A stretch of 64,000 nucleotides of DNA from Candidatus Nanoarchaeia archaeon. GTDB taxonomy: Archaea > Nanobdellota > Nanobdellia > Woesearchaeales > GW2011-AR9. This document shows, in pieces, positions 1-8,677 of the stretch. Below the pieces are notes generated by a model. The model saw only the letters and a program-made list of their open reading frames with translations, was not told where the DNA came from and made no database searches. The translations under genes were made by a program, and so were the position numbers. Every line of letters starts with the position of its first letter. Within the stretch, counting starts at the first letter, position 1. The DNA lies in the NCBI GenBank assembly GCA_035289385.1, contig DATDXI010000066.1:1548-65547 (forward strand), read 5' to 3'.

Positions 1-539
1 ACAACAGGCTTGTCCAGATTGCCGGAAACTTACCGATCCAACAGGCTTTTGCTGTAGCAAACGAGTTAGTTGCCACGATGATCAAGGGGATTGTAGAGAC
101 CATCGCTGTACCTAGCTTGGTAAACCTGGACTATGCTGACGTTAAGGCAATCATGTCCAATGGCGGAGTAGCTGCTATCGGTGTTGGTTCAAGTGATACC
201 AATAATAGAGTAGAAGAAGCGGTTAAAGGAGCTTTATCTAATCCACTATTGGATATCAGCTATGAAGGCTCAACAGGTGCTTTGATCCACATTACTGGCG
301 GTCCAGATATGACGCTGGATGAAGTATCGAAGATCGGTGAATTGGTTACCGAGAGCCTGCATGATGACGCGAACGTTATCTGGGGAGCAAGAGTTTCCGA
401 TGAGATGAAAGGAAAGTTGACGGTTATGACCATCATAACTGGGGTAAACTCACCTTGGATCCTTGGAAAAGTTGACCAGAAACATGCTCAGCATAAGGCT
501 CGGGTCTTGAGCCAAGAGTTGGGAATAGAATTAGTCTAA
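1..539 (+). CDS. ftsZ: Cell division protein FtsZ, C-terminal part (truncated by window start)
   Basis: Frame open from position 3; LVNLDYADVKAIM, ALSNPLLD, GALIHITGG and VIWGAR motifs. Confidence 0.95.
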   Translation, partial: NRLVQIAGNLPIQQAFAVANELVATMIKGIVETIAVPSLVNLDYADVKAIMSNGGVAAIGVGSSDTNNRVEEAVKGALSNPLLDISYEGSTGALIHITGGPDMTLDEVSKIGELVTESLHDDANVIWGARVSDEMKGKLTVMTIITGVNSPWILGKVDQKHAQHKARVLSQELGIELV

Positions 540-728
540 TTCCCATCATGTTCAGAATCTTGCCTTTGTCTTTTTCTGAACACCACCCCCCCGTTCATGA
601 ATAAGGCAAGATTTTCCTTTTTTTTTCTTTTTTTATGATCCATTTTATTCTTCATCAGTTATTTCTTAAGCATTTCCTCTCTTAAGCATCATAAAACATA
701 TAAGGTGGTTGTTTGTTTTTAGACATTT

Positions 729-1274
729 ATGGGTGTCCATGAAGTTTCTTTGAGGAAGATAGGAGGTTTACGCCCTTCTTTATTTACAGACATTACTAAT
801 GCTGATGTTGTAGCTTTTTTTGAACATTATCTTGCTAGAGAAGGGAATGAAATAGCTAGAAGATCGCCTCCCTTAGCCAGAGAAGCTTTTCTCTATGGGA
901 TGGCTTATGTTCCTGGAGCTACGTATCAAGGTGCTGATTCTCTTCCAGCATATCTGGCTGATGCTCAAATAGTAGCCATGGTTTCTGCTGCTGGGCAAGC
1001 GTATCTTCGCCGAGGATTGCCGGATGGCCAGCCGCTTGCCGACATGCTGTCTTCTTTAGGGTATCAGCGAGCAGAAGAAGTTCGTTTTCCTGAATTAGAT
1101 GGTGAGGTAGCAGAAACAGTTGAAGGATTGTGGCTGGTTTCTGGGGAAATGCGGAAGGCAGTTGGTGAAAGAGCATATTCTCCCAGAGATCCTTCTTTGC
1201 CGGAGATTGTCATTTTAGATAGGATTGTCATTCCTGGAAGAAGAGATCAGACGTTAAGGATTGTTGATGGATAA
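729..1274 (+). CDS. Hypothetical protein
   Basis: 181-aa ORF with upstream TATA-like element; no recognised motif. Confidence 0.65.
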   Translation: MGVHEVSLRKIGGLRPSLFTDITNADVVAFFEHYLAREGNEIARRSPPLAREAFLYGMAYVPGATYQGADSLPAYLADAQIVAMVSAAGQAYLRRGLPDGQPLADMLSSLGYQRAEEVRFPELDGEVAETVEGLWLVSGEMRKAVGERAYSPRDPSLPEIVILDRIVIPGRRDQTLRIVDG

Positions 1275-1288
1275 ACTTTCCAATCATT

Positions 1289-1873
1289 TTAAAGAAGAAA
1301 TTTTATCCTTTCCTGAAATTTCTGTGGATAGCACTCCACGTATTTTTTAAGACGCTGTTGGTCAAGATGTTTCAGCCATCCTTTTACCTCAACCTTATCG
1401 ATATTTTTTCTGAAATATAGTCTATCTAATACCGTCTTTTCCTTGTCAGAATAGGGCAATATCATCTCTCCAATCGTGTGGTATTCAACACCAAAAAACA
1501 GCTCTCGTGGTATCATTCGAAGCAGCACGTTCGTTCCCATCACTTTTCTTAATCCTCTCCGAACATGACGGGTGGTAAAGATGACAGGAATGGTCTCCTG
1601 CTCCCATAAGTTATGTCTGCTGAGGGCATCTTCCCCGCCGAGGTATGCTGGCTGAAAGCAGAAGACTGCCAGTGATGGATCATTGTGTGAAGTATAATAT
1701 CCTTTCATTAATCGATGGATCTTTCCTTTTTTGACAAGATTCCGCAGCACATGGCGGTCGTATTGCTTTACTTTTTTCTTGCTCTTCAAGAGCCTGCTGA
1801 TAGAAGAGGCCTGCACAACAGGGCTTTTGGCAAATAATTGTTCTATCTCTTTAAGGTATTTTGTCTTTCCCAT
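1289..1873 (-). CDS. AbiEi-like antitoxin / transcriptional regulator (type IV TA)
   Basis: N-terminal wHTH (LVKKGKIHRLMKGYY), PAYLGGEDALSRHNL, SDKEKTVLD; abuts the AbiEii gene. Confidence 0.8.
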   Translation of the reverse strand: MGKTKYLKEIEQLFAKSPVVQASSISRLLKSKKKVKQYDRHVLRNLVKKGKIHRLMKGYYTSHNDPSLAVFCFQPAYLGGEDALSRHNLWEQETIPVIFTTRHVRRGLRKVMGTNVLLRMIPRELFFGVEYHTIGEMILPYSDKEKTVLDRLYFRKNIDKVEVKGWLKHLDQQRLKKYVECYPQKFQERIKFLL

Positions 1874-1874
1874 A

Positions 1875-2525
1875 CTATCCCTCTCGACAATACCTTTCGA
1901 TATACTCTTTCATCTTTTGGACGGAAGGAACAACTCCTTCCAGGATAAGGACTTGAAGCTCTTCTTCATCTGCAGGGGCTGGAAAATCATCCAATAGTCT
2001 TTTAAGAAAAGAAAGCACTCCTTTTCGGTCTTGCACAAATCTCAATAAAAAGAAGATATCATAAAGATCACGGATTTTCTTTCTGTTAAGGTAAGCATTT
2101 ACTTTTTCTTCCACGAATTGCTCTGGGGTCAGCGTAAGGACAGTAAGGTAATTTCCACTGATGGTTTCATATTCTTTTAGGCAGTTGTCTTTCTTCAGGA
2201 AAAGAGCCTCAAAGCGAACTTTCTGCCGCTGCAGCTGCAACGTCGAATAAATACTGTTGGCAGTAACTTTTTTCTTCTCTAGGATAAACCCTCTCTCCTT
2301 CAGCTTTTCCCAATAGCTGGCTATTTTTTGCTCATCTCGGGGCAGATAGACATCCAAGTCTTCAGAGAATCTTCCTCCTCCATAGCACCTCCAGATAGCT
2401 GTTCCTCCATGAAGAATGGCCGTAGGGAAAGTTATGTATAATTCCTCCACCAGAATATCTTGAGCTAAAGCTATCTCTTGATGGATATGCTTCTTCAGCT
2501 TTTGCCCTAACGCTATTTTTACCAT
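1875..2525 (-). CDS. AbiEii/AbiGii nucleotidyltransferase toxin
   Basis: LHGGTAI...RFSEDLD, EK and RDLYD motifs. Confidence 0.9.
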   Translation of the reverse strand: MVKIALGQKLKKHIHQEIALAQDILVEELYITFPTAILHGGTAIWRCYGGGRFSEDLDVYLPRDEQKIASYWEKLKERGFILEKKKVTANSIYSTLQLQRQKVRFEALFLKKDNCLKEYETISGNYLTVLTLTPEQFVEEKVNAYLNRKKIRDLYDIFFLLRFVQDRKGVLSFLKRLLDDFPAPADEEELQVLILEGVVPSVQKMKEYIERYCREG

Positions 2526-2593
2526 AATGCTATTTTTACCATTGTTATGCTTATGTATAACATTGGTTATTTAAATGTTTCGCTGGAATTTAA

Positions 2594-2625
2594 GTACGTA
2601 TTTAGTTCGGTTAAAATAGTGGGCA
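2594..2625. mobile_element. Isolated terminal inverted repeat of the ~184-bp element family
   Basis: GTACGTATTTAGTTCGGTTAAAATAGTGG closely matches the reverse complement of the right ends at 34173 and 42559. Confidence 0.75.
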
Positions 2626-2773
2626 GTGTTAATATTTGACGATAGAACTATGGTCTTGTCTTAACCAAATAATCTTAAAACAGTGGATAATATGAAAAGC
2701 ATCTCCGTCACTTATACCCACTGCTCAGAGTGTAGTAAAATATTTAATGGTGTTATTGTTTTGGTAATAAAAA

Positions 2774-3091
2774 GTGGCAGAAACAAGAATCATTAAAGAG
2801 GTAAGTTACTTGGAATATAAAGAGCTTATTGACAAATTCAAAGGTAAGATTAAAGTTAATTCCCATACCTGCTTTAGATTAAATGAACAGCAATGAAAAG
2901 TATATAAAGATGAGGCTCTTGTAGAACCATTAACTGGAGAAAAACCAGCATTTATTGGAATTCAGAAAAACCAAAATTATGCAACATTTTTCAGTAATAA
3001 ACAGGGTTATCTTCGGTTAATGTTTAAGGTGACCAACACAAATATTGAAATAGTAACATTTTACCTGATTGACAACATACCAAAAATCTAA
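2774..3091 (+). pseudogene. DUF4258/RelE-like toxin with in-frame TGA
   Basis: GTG-start frame of 106 codons (HTCFRLNEQQ*KVY...IEIVTFY) with TGA at 2894-2896; directly precedes the DUF2283 gene. Confidence 0.65.
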
Positions 3092-3092
3092 A

Positions 3093-3476
3093 ATGAAAAT
3101 AAGACAGCTTGATGCAAAAGGGAAGGGGGAAATGGATTATGATTATGCAAATGATATTTTATTCTTTAAAGTTAAAGAAAGAGAATATGATCATTCCATT
3201 GAATTAGAAGATGTTATTTTAGATATTGATAAAGAAAGATACATTACAGGAATCCAAATTTTTGGAGCATCAAAGATGTTTAATGTTGAGAAAGACGCTT
3301 TACGGAATGTTAAAAAATGGGAGTTTAAAGTGAGAACAGAAGGTAAGGTTGTCTATGTTCAGTTAATGTTTGAAATGTTACGAAGAAATCAAGTAGTAGA
3401 ACGTGGTCAAAACTTGGTGAGAGAAGCTTCATCTTTATTGACTGATTCTGAAGTTATGTGTGCAGCAACAGCATGA
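3093..3476 (+). CDS. DUF2283 domain protein (putative antitoxin)
   Basis: DYDYANDILF...VILDIDKERYITGIQIFGAS pattern. Confidence 0.8.
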   Translation: MKIRQLDAKGKGEMDYDYANDILFFKVKEREYDHSIELEDVILDIDKERYITGIQIFGASKMFNVEKDALRNVKKWEFKVRTEGKVVYVQLMFEMLRRNQVVERGQNLVREASSLLTDSEVMCAATA

Positions 3477-3552
3477 TTTATTGCCTTCTTGGTCTATACC
3501 CATAGCTTGCTGCGACGGAGAGCTTAATTCCTTTCTGGAAGAAGAGATAAAA

Positions 3553-3921
3553 CTATTTCAAGTGTTGTGTTATATCTCCTACTACTTTATCAGAATCAAA
3601 TTCTCCTTTATCATAGAAACCATTTGCTCCATAACGAAGAGCATTCCTAACAACATCTGAACCTCCCGCGCTTACTAAATAGAATGGAACATTATTTCCT
3701 GATCCTCTAATTTTTTGGAGAGATTTTAATCCTGCACCTTTTTCTTCCATGTCATTATCACTGATAACTAAGGAATAATCCCCCTGTAAAACACGTTCTA
3801 CTAAGTCACTCCCAGTTTCAACTGCATCAACCTGCGCATCTGGAAAAGCATTTTTTACTAAACTAACATATGTTCCTCTCCAACTTGGATAGTCGTCAGC
3901 AACAATAACCTTCTTTACCAT
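3553..3921 (-). CDS. Stand-alone response regulator receiver (CheY-like)
   Basis: VIVADD, LVISDNDM (phosphoacceptor Asp), VSA, GANGFYDK. Confidence 0.9.
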   Translation of the reverse strand: MVKKVIVADDYPSWRGTYVSLVKNAFPDAQVDAVETGSDLVERVLQGDYSLVISDNDMEEKGAGLKSLQKIRGSGNNVPFYLVSAGGSDVVRNALRYGANGFYDKGEFDSDKVVGDITQHLK

Positions 3922-4067
3922 TTTCCATTGGATAAATAAGACTTATTTATATATCTTCCGCTTAATTGTAACTAAAAAGTAGTGTTTAATTTTCTAAGAT
4001 CTTACACAGGTTTCGTATTAGTCCCCCCGCAAAAACCTTTATATAGGATAGTCCTATTCTTTATCTC

Positions 4068-5513
4068 ATGTCACAGAAGGACAATAAGGGGATAACCGTC
4101 AAGAAAGTGGATGATTTCTCTGAATGGTACACACAAGTTCTGCAGAAAGCAGAGCTGATCGATTATTCTCCTGTTTCTGGATGTTATATCTTAAGGCCTA
4201 GCGCTTACCACATCTGGGAGAATGTGCAGCAATTCTTTGACAAGCTGATCAAGGCTGATGGAGTGAAAAATGCCTATTTCCCGTTATTTATCCCTGAAAA
4301 TCTATTGACAAAAGAAAAACAGCACGTGGAAGGCTTTGCCCCAGAAGTAGCTTGGGTCACTCACGGTGGTAATACAGCATTGCAAGAACGATTAGCTGTC
4401 CGCCCTACCTCTGAAACGATCATGTATGACTCTTATGCCAAATGGATAAGGTCACACAAAGATTTGCCGTTACGCCTAAACCAATGGTGTAATGTGGTGA
4501 GATGGGAATTCAATCATCCCGTTCCTTTTCTGAGAAGCAGAGAATTTCTCTGGCAGGAAGGTCATACTTGTTTTGCCACACCGGAAGAAGCTCATGCTGA
4601 AGCAGAGAAGATATTAGGTTTCTACGAGCAAGTCTTTAGGGAATTGTATGCTATCCCTGTGTTAAAAGGTAAAAAATCCAATCAAGAAAAGTTTGCCGGG
4701 GCAGATTATACTTTGTCGGTAGAAGCATTCCTCCCTAACGGAAAAGCTATTCAAGGAGCAACATCCCATCACCTTGGCCAGAATTTCTCTAAAGCATTCA
4801 ATATCTCGTTTACCGATTCTCAAGGAAAAACAAGTTATGCTTACCAGAACTCTTGGGGTATCTCTACAAGGTCCATAGGAATAATGATTCTGATGCATGG
4901 GGATGATAAGGGTTTAGTGATTCCTCCAAGAATTGCCGAGAAGCAAGTGGTTATTGTTCCAATTTTATTTGATGACTCCAAGAAGAAAGTTCTGTCGGAA
5001 GTTCAAAAGATCAAAGATCATCTAGAAAAGCAAGGTCTTCGAGTTCATGTTGATGACCGCGAAGATTATTCTCCCGGCTGGAAGTTTAATGAGTGGGAAG
5101 TGAAAGGTGTTCCTATTAGAATTGAACTAGGTCCGAAAGATCTGGAGAAGAAGCAGGCTGTTGCTGTCCGAAGAGATACAGGAGAGAAGAAAGCGATTAG
5201 TCTTGCCAAGATCAGCAAGGATGTTCCATCTCTGCTGGATACTATCCAGAATGATCTGTTGCAAAAAGCAGAGAAGTTTTTGAAGAGTTCTATCGTTTCT
5301 GTTTCAACAGGAAAAGAAGCAGAGCTGGCATTCAAGCAGGGGAAACTTGTTTCTGCTTCATGGTGTGGTTCAAAAGAATGTGAAGAGTCGGTGAAGGAAA
5401 AGACTGGGGCAAAATCACTGAACAGCCCGCTGCTCCATGGAAAAGTTTCTGGAAATTGTTTTGCCTGCAAGAAGAAGGCTGTGGCACCGTTTTATCTTGG
5501 GAAGAGTTATTGA
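4068..5513 (+). CDS. proS: Proline--tRNA ligase, archaeal/eukaryotic type
   Basis: DFSEWY, RPTSET, FLRSREFLWQEGHT, QNSWGISTR, C-terminal GKSY. Confidence 0.97.
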   Translation: MSQKDNKGITVKKVDDFSEWYTQVLQKAELIDYSPVSGCYILRPSAYHIWENVQQFFDKLIKADGVKNAYFPLFIPENLLTKEKQHVEGFAPEVAWVTHGGNTALQERLAVRPTSETIMYDSYAKWIRSHKDLPLRLNQWCNVVRWEFNHPVPFLRSREFLWQEGHTCFATPEEAHAEAEKILGFYEQVFRELYAIPVLKGKKSNQEKFAGADYTLSVEAFLPNGKAIQGATSHHLGQNFSKAFNISFTDSQGKTSYAYQNSWGISTRSIGIMILMHGDDKGLVIPPRIAEKQVVIVPILFDDSKKKVLSEVQKIKDHLEKQGLRVHVDDREDYSPGWKFNEWEVKGVPIRIELGPKDLEKKQAVAVRRDTGEKKAISLAKISKDVPSLLDTIQNDLLQKAEKFLKSSIVSVSTGKEAELAFKQGKLVSASWCGSKECEESVKEKTGAKSLNSPLLHGKVSGNCFACKKKAVAPFYLGKSY

Positions 5514-5538
5514 TTGTGGTCGGTGTTTATTCTTCTAC

Positions 5539-6513
5539 CTATTCTAATTCCCATTCTATGGCATTGGGCCAATACATCACTCCTTGAGCTCCCCACTCTG
5601 AATGATATGGATCTGCACCAAAAGCAAGATCACGAACAGTTTGCTGGCCATTGGCAATACTATCCTGGATATTGTCCTCAAGGGCAGTGATATTAAAATT
5701 AGCGGTTTCATAAGGTCCTCCCACACTTTCTGTACTTAAAATGCCGTGTACACTGACCAACTTTGTTTCTCCTTCTTCATCTAAGAGATGATTTGCATTG
5801 ACCTGAATTTCAGTTCCTTGCTCAGGGTTTCGCCAATAGGCGGCATGTCTCGCATAGCGGATCGCGCCTGCGGACATTTCCCGCCAGTCGTCGAAGTTAC
5901 AAGATAGGTGTTCAAGCGGAAAATTGGAAAAATAGATAGCATTTCCTGAAAAATCTCTCACATCAGATAAATTTCCCTCTTCCAGATATCTTTGTACCTG
6001 CTCTAGGTGATTGCCAGGGACGACTAAAAGGTCAGCATGATAACTTGGGCCTTCAGCGATCACTTCGTTCTGTTCTCCAAGTAACACATTGTTTTGTTGT
6101 CTATAATGTGCCAAAGCAGTTGCTTCCAGACTTCCACCGCCATTCAGGATATCAATTAAAGATACTTCACTTTGCAGACGTTCTGCCAATTGGGTTCCCA
6201 ATGTTTCGGCAGCGGTCACGAAATTACTGTAGCTTTCAGGACATTCCCCTGTGGAACGATCTTCTGGACAGAGGGCACGCAGCCGCTCAGCGGACTTCCC
6301 AAAAAATCCTAAACAGTCTTTAAGGGTGGAATTGACGCTCATCTGGGGATGGTTTAAGGGAGTGGGCGTGGAGATTTGGCGGTCGGAAGGTTGAGGGGCC
6401 GGGGCACTTGTCTCGGGCAAAGGAGGCGCATCATAACGATATAATTTGTCGTCACCACAGACGGCCAGGGCTAGGCCGATGAGTCCGACGTATATTTTGG
6501 TTCGAAGAGTCAT
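5539..6513 (-). CDS. Hypothetical secreted or lipid-anchored protein
   Basis: N-terminal hydrophobic segment ending LAVCG, Pro-rich linker; TATA upstream. Confidence 0.7.
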   Translation of the reverse strand: MTLRTKIYVGLIGLALAVCGDDKLYRYDAPPLPETSAPAPQPSDRQISTPTPLNHPQMSVNSTLKDCLGFFGKSAERLRALCPEDRSTGECPESYSNFVTAAETLGTQLAERLQSEVSLIDILNGGGSLEATALAHYRQQNNVLLGEQNEVIAEGPSYHADLLVVPGNHLEQVQRYLEEGNLSDVRDFSGNAIYFSNFPLEHLSCNFDDWREMSAGAIRYARHAAYWRNPEQGTEIQVNANHLLDEEGETKLVSVHGILSTESVGGPYETANFNITALEDNIQDSIANGQQTVRDLAFGADPYHSEWGAQGVMYWPNAIEWELE

Positions 6514-6652
6514 TGTTACTACTAATAGGTGGTTTATTTATAAATGTTTTGCTGCTTTTCAAGGAAAATGTTGCTTTTGATTGTTCGTATCGAGGGTTTA
6601 TCTCATTTGTCTAAAAGCAAATCTTATATAGCAGATTTTCTTCTGGGTAGGT

Positions 6653-7792
6653 ATGGTTGATAAAGAAATCATCGTCATCGGGGATATTGAGATAGGGGCA
6701 GGCAACCTTACGGATGATTTCATCAGTGACCAGGCCTTCTCTGATTTTATTCATACATTGACAAAGAGGGATCATCCTGTGGATGTTATTTTGAACGGGG
6801 ATACTTTTGATTTTCTGAAATGCCCTTATAAGGCTGGTGATTCGTATATCTATCCTCGCCATATCACTGTAGATATCTCGTTAAATAAACTAGGATTGAT
6901 GCATCATGCTCATAAAAAGTTCTTTGAGTCCTTAAAAAAATTTGTCAGAAAGCGGAATAATAATCTCTACTTTACCCTTGGTAATCATGATCAAGACTTA
7001 TTGTTTCATGAAGTTCGAGAAGATATCCGAAAACTGCTTGGCGGATCGAAACGGATCCATTTTCCTGGATTAAAATATCAGCAGCATGGGGTCTATGTGG
7101 AGCATGGGCATCAATATGATTTTCTGAGCAAGATCAATTTTCAGAAGCTTTTCTTGAATTATAAAGGGAAACCTATCTTGAATTTTCCCTGGACGGCATT
7201 TAGCTTAGTCAGCACGTTCATGGACATCAAAGAACAACATCCATTCATGGAGCGTATCACGCCCAGGCCGTTGCTGTTATCATTTAACAGCATGGTCTTA
7301 CGCAAGATCAGTTTTCGCTCTCTAGGCTATTTTTTAAAGACGGTCTTGTATTATCCGTTCCGCTATTATTCTGATCCTACCTACAACTTGCCGACAAAAC
7401 TGTTTGGCTTCTTTTATTATCGCGTGAAAAACAGACAATGGGATGAAGATGATATCATCAATGTCTTTAGGAGGAAGAAAAAAAAAGTGAAGCATCAAGT
7501 CTATGTTCTGGGCCATGTGCATAAGGTGCAGATGCTGGAGCAGAGGAAGAGAGTGATCATCCATCCAGGATCTTGGAGAGACGAATATGAATTGAATGCG
7601 GAGACGAGGATGCTCATGCCAAAAGATAAGTTTTATGTTCAAGTGTTGATTCATGATGATAGTCATTTAGAGTATAATCTCAACAGCTGGCCGATCAAGA
7701 GGAGCATCTTTTTGTTTGATGATGTTCGAAAGCATGAATTAGCGTATATCTATCTGGCTGCTCAGGAAGAAAAGTATGAGCCTCAATGGTGA
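6653..7792 (+). CDS. Calcineurin-like metallophosphoesterase
   Basis: GDxE, NGDTFD, GNHD, EHGH and GHVH motifs. Confidence 0.85.
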   Translation: MVDKEIIVIGDIEIGAGNLTDDFISDQAFSDFIHTLTKRDHPVDVILNGDTFDFLKCPYKAGDSYIYPRHITVDISLNKLGLMHHAHKKFFESLKKFVRKRNNNLYFTLGNHDQDLLFHEVREDIRKLLGGSKRIHFPGLKYQQHGVYVEHGHQYDFLSKINFQKLFLNYKGKPILNFPWTAFSLVSTFMDIKEQHPFMERITPRPLLLSFNSMVLRKISFRSLGYFLKTVLYYPFRYYSDPTYNLPTKLFGFFYYRVKNRQWDEDDIINVFRRKKKKVKHQVYVLGHVHKVQMLEQRKRVIIHPGSWRDEYELNAETRMLMPKDKFYVQVLIHDDSHLEYNLNSWPIKRSIFLFDDVRKHELAYIYLAAQEEKYEPQW

Positions 7793-7886
7793 GGTCTCTT
7801 TTATTTATATTCTGGATGTCGACCGTTGTACACTTATTTCTCATCAATAACATTTAAATATCTGTGCTTTCTCAACAAGTCAAGGG

Positions 7887-8594
7887 GTGTTATCTATTTT
7901 AAAAAAAGCCATGAAGAGGAAAGAGGAATCAGCGAAGACTACTTTTAAAGATACTCTTCTTCAAGACACTCCTCTTAAAAATACTTCTCTTCAAAATGTA
8001 ACTCCAGATGATCATTCCGGCATCGCCCTTGCCATCGCTGCCGTGCGGGAAAGTGATAGGAACAATCTAGAGCAACGAATTCATCTCTTTACGCTAGTGA
8101 AGGATAGTGTCCAAAAACCATCGGAACAGAAAGCTGATACTTCTCTTCCTAAACTCCCTAAACTAGCTGATGTTCTTGATGATGCAGATGATGCAGACTC
8201 TCTTCAAGATGATACCGATGATACTTTGGTGAATGTCCGCTATTCTTTCCATGATGAAGAATTGGCAAAGAATTTCTATAAGTCTGCTTCCATCGATTAT
8301 CTGAAGCTGTTTTACGGTGATACCGGAAAAGTTCCTCCACAATTTGCCCAGGACAATGACTATTTTACGGAATCGGTAGCAAGAGATACTGATTCAGAGA
8401 CGATCCAGACGCATGAGGCGGAGAAATCATTTATGTCCGTGCAATATGCCACGATGCTTGGCGCTCATACCGCTGTTCATTTTAAAGACAGGAATAAATT
8501 AGACATGTGGATCAAATTCAATAAGGACCTTTTTGGCATGTTTGAACATAGTGTTGCTTTAACAAGAGAAATTGATTATGCCAGGAGGGGTTGA
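7887..8594 (+). CDS. Hypothetical protein (possible paralog of 41649-42311)
   Basis: 235-aa ORF with SIDYLK motif. Confidence 0.65.
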   Translation: MLSILKKAMKRKEESAKTTFKDTLLQDTPLKNTSLQNVTPDDHSGIALAIAAVRESDRNNLEQRIHLFTLVKDSVQKPSEQKADTSLPKLPKLADVLDDADDADSLQDDTDDTLVNVRYSFHDEELAKNFYKSASIDYLKLFYGDTGKVPPQFAQDNDYFTESVARDTDSETIQTHEAEKSFMSVQYATMLGAHTAVHFKDRNKLDMWIKFNKDLFGMFEHSVALTREIDYARRG

Positions 8595-8677
8595 AAGGTG
8601 GCACAAAAGTATTTCTAAGAGTTTTCTTGCTGAAATGTCACCCATAACTTTTTATATCATTTAAGTATAACCTACTT

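Noticed and set aside
2894..2896. TGA recoding (alternative code or selenocysteine)
   Set aside because: TGA ends many intact genes here (e.g. proS, hppA); a single CGA-to-TGA change is simpler
3968..3990. Partner end for the TIR at 2594, making a composite element
   Set aside because: AACTAAAAAGTAG matches too weakly and there is no convincing target duplication
7950..7998. 15-nt tandem repeats inside a hypothetical gene
   Set aside because: Three degenerate in-frame copies in a probably disordered linker
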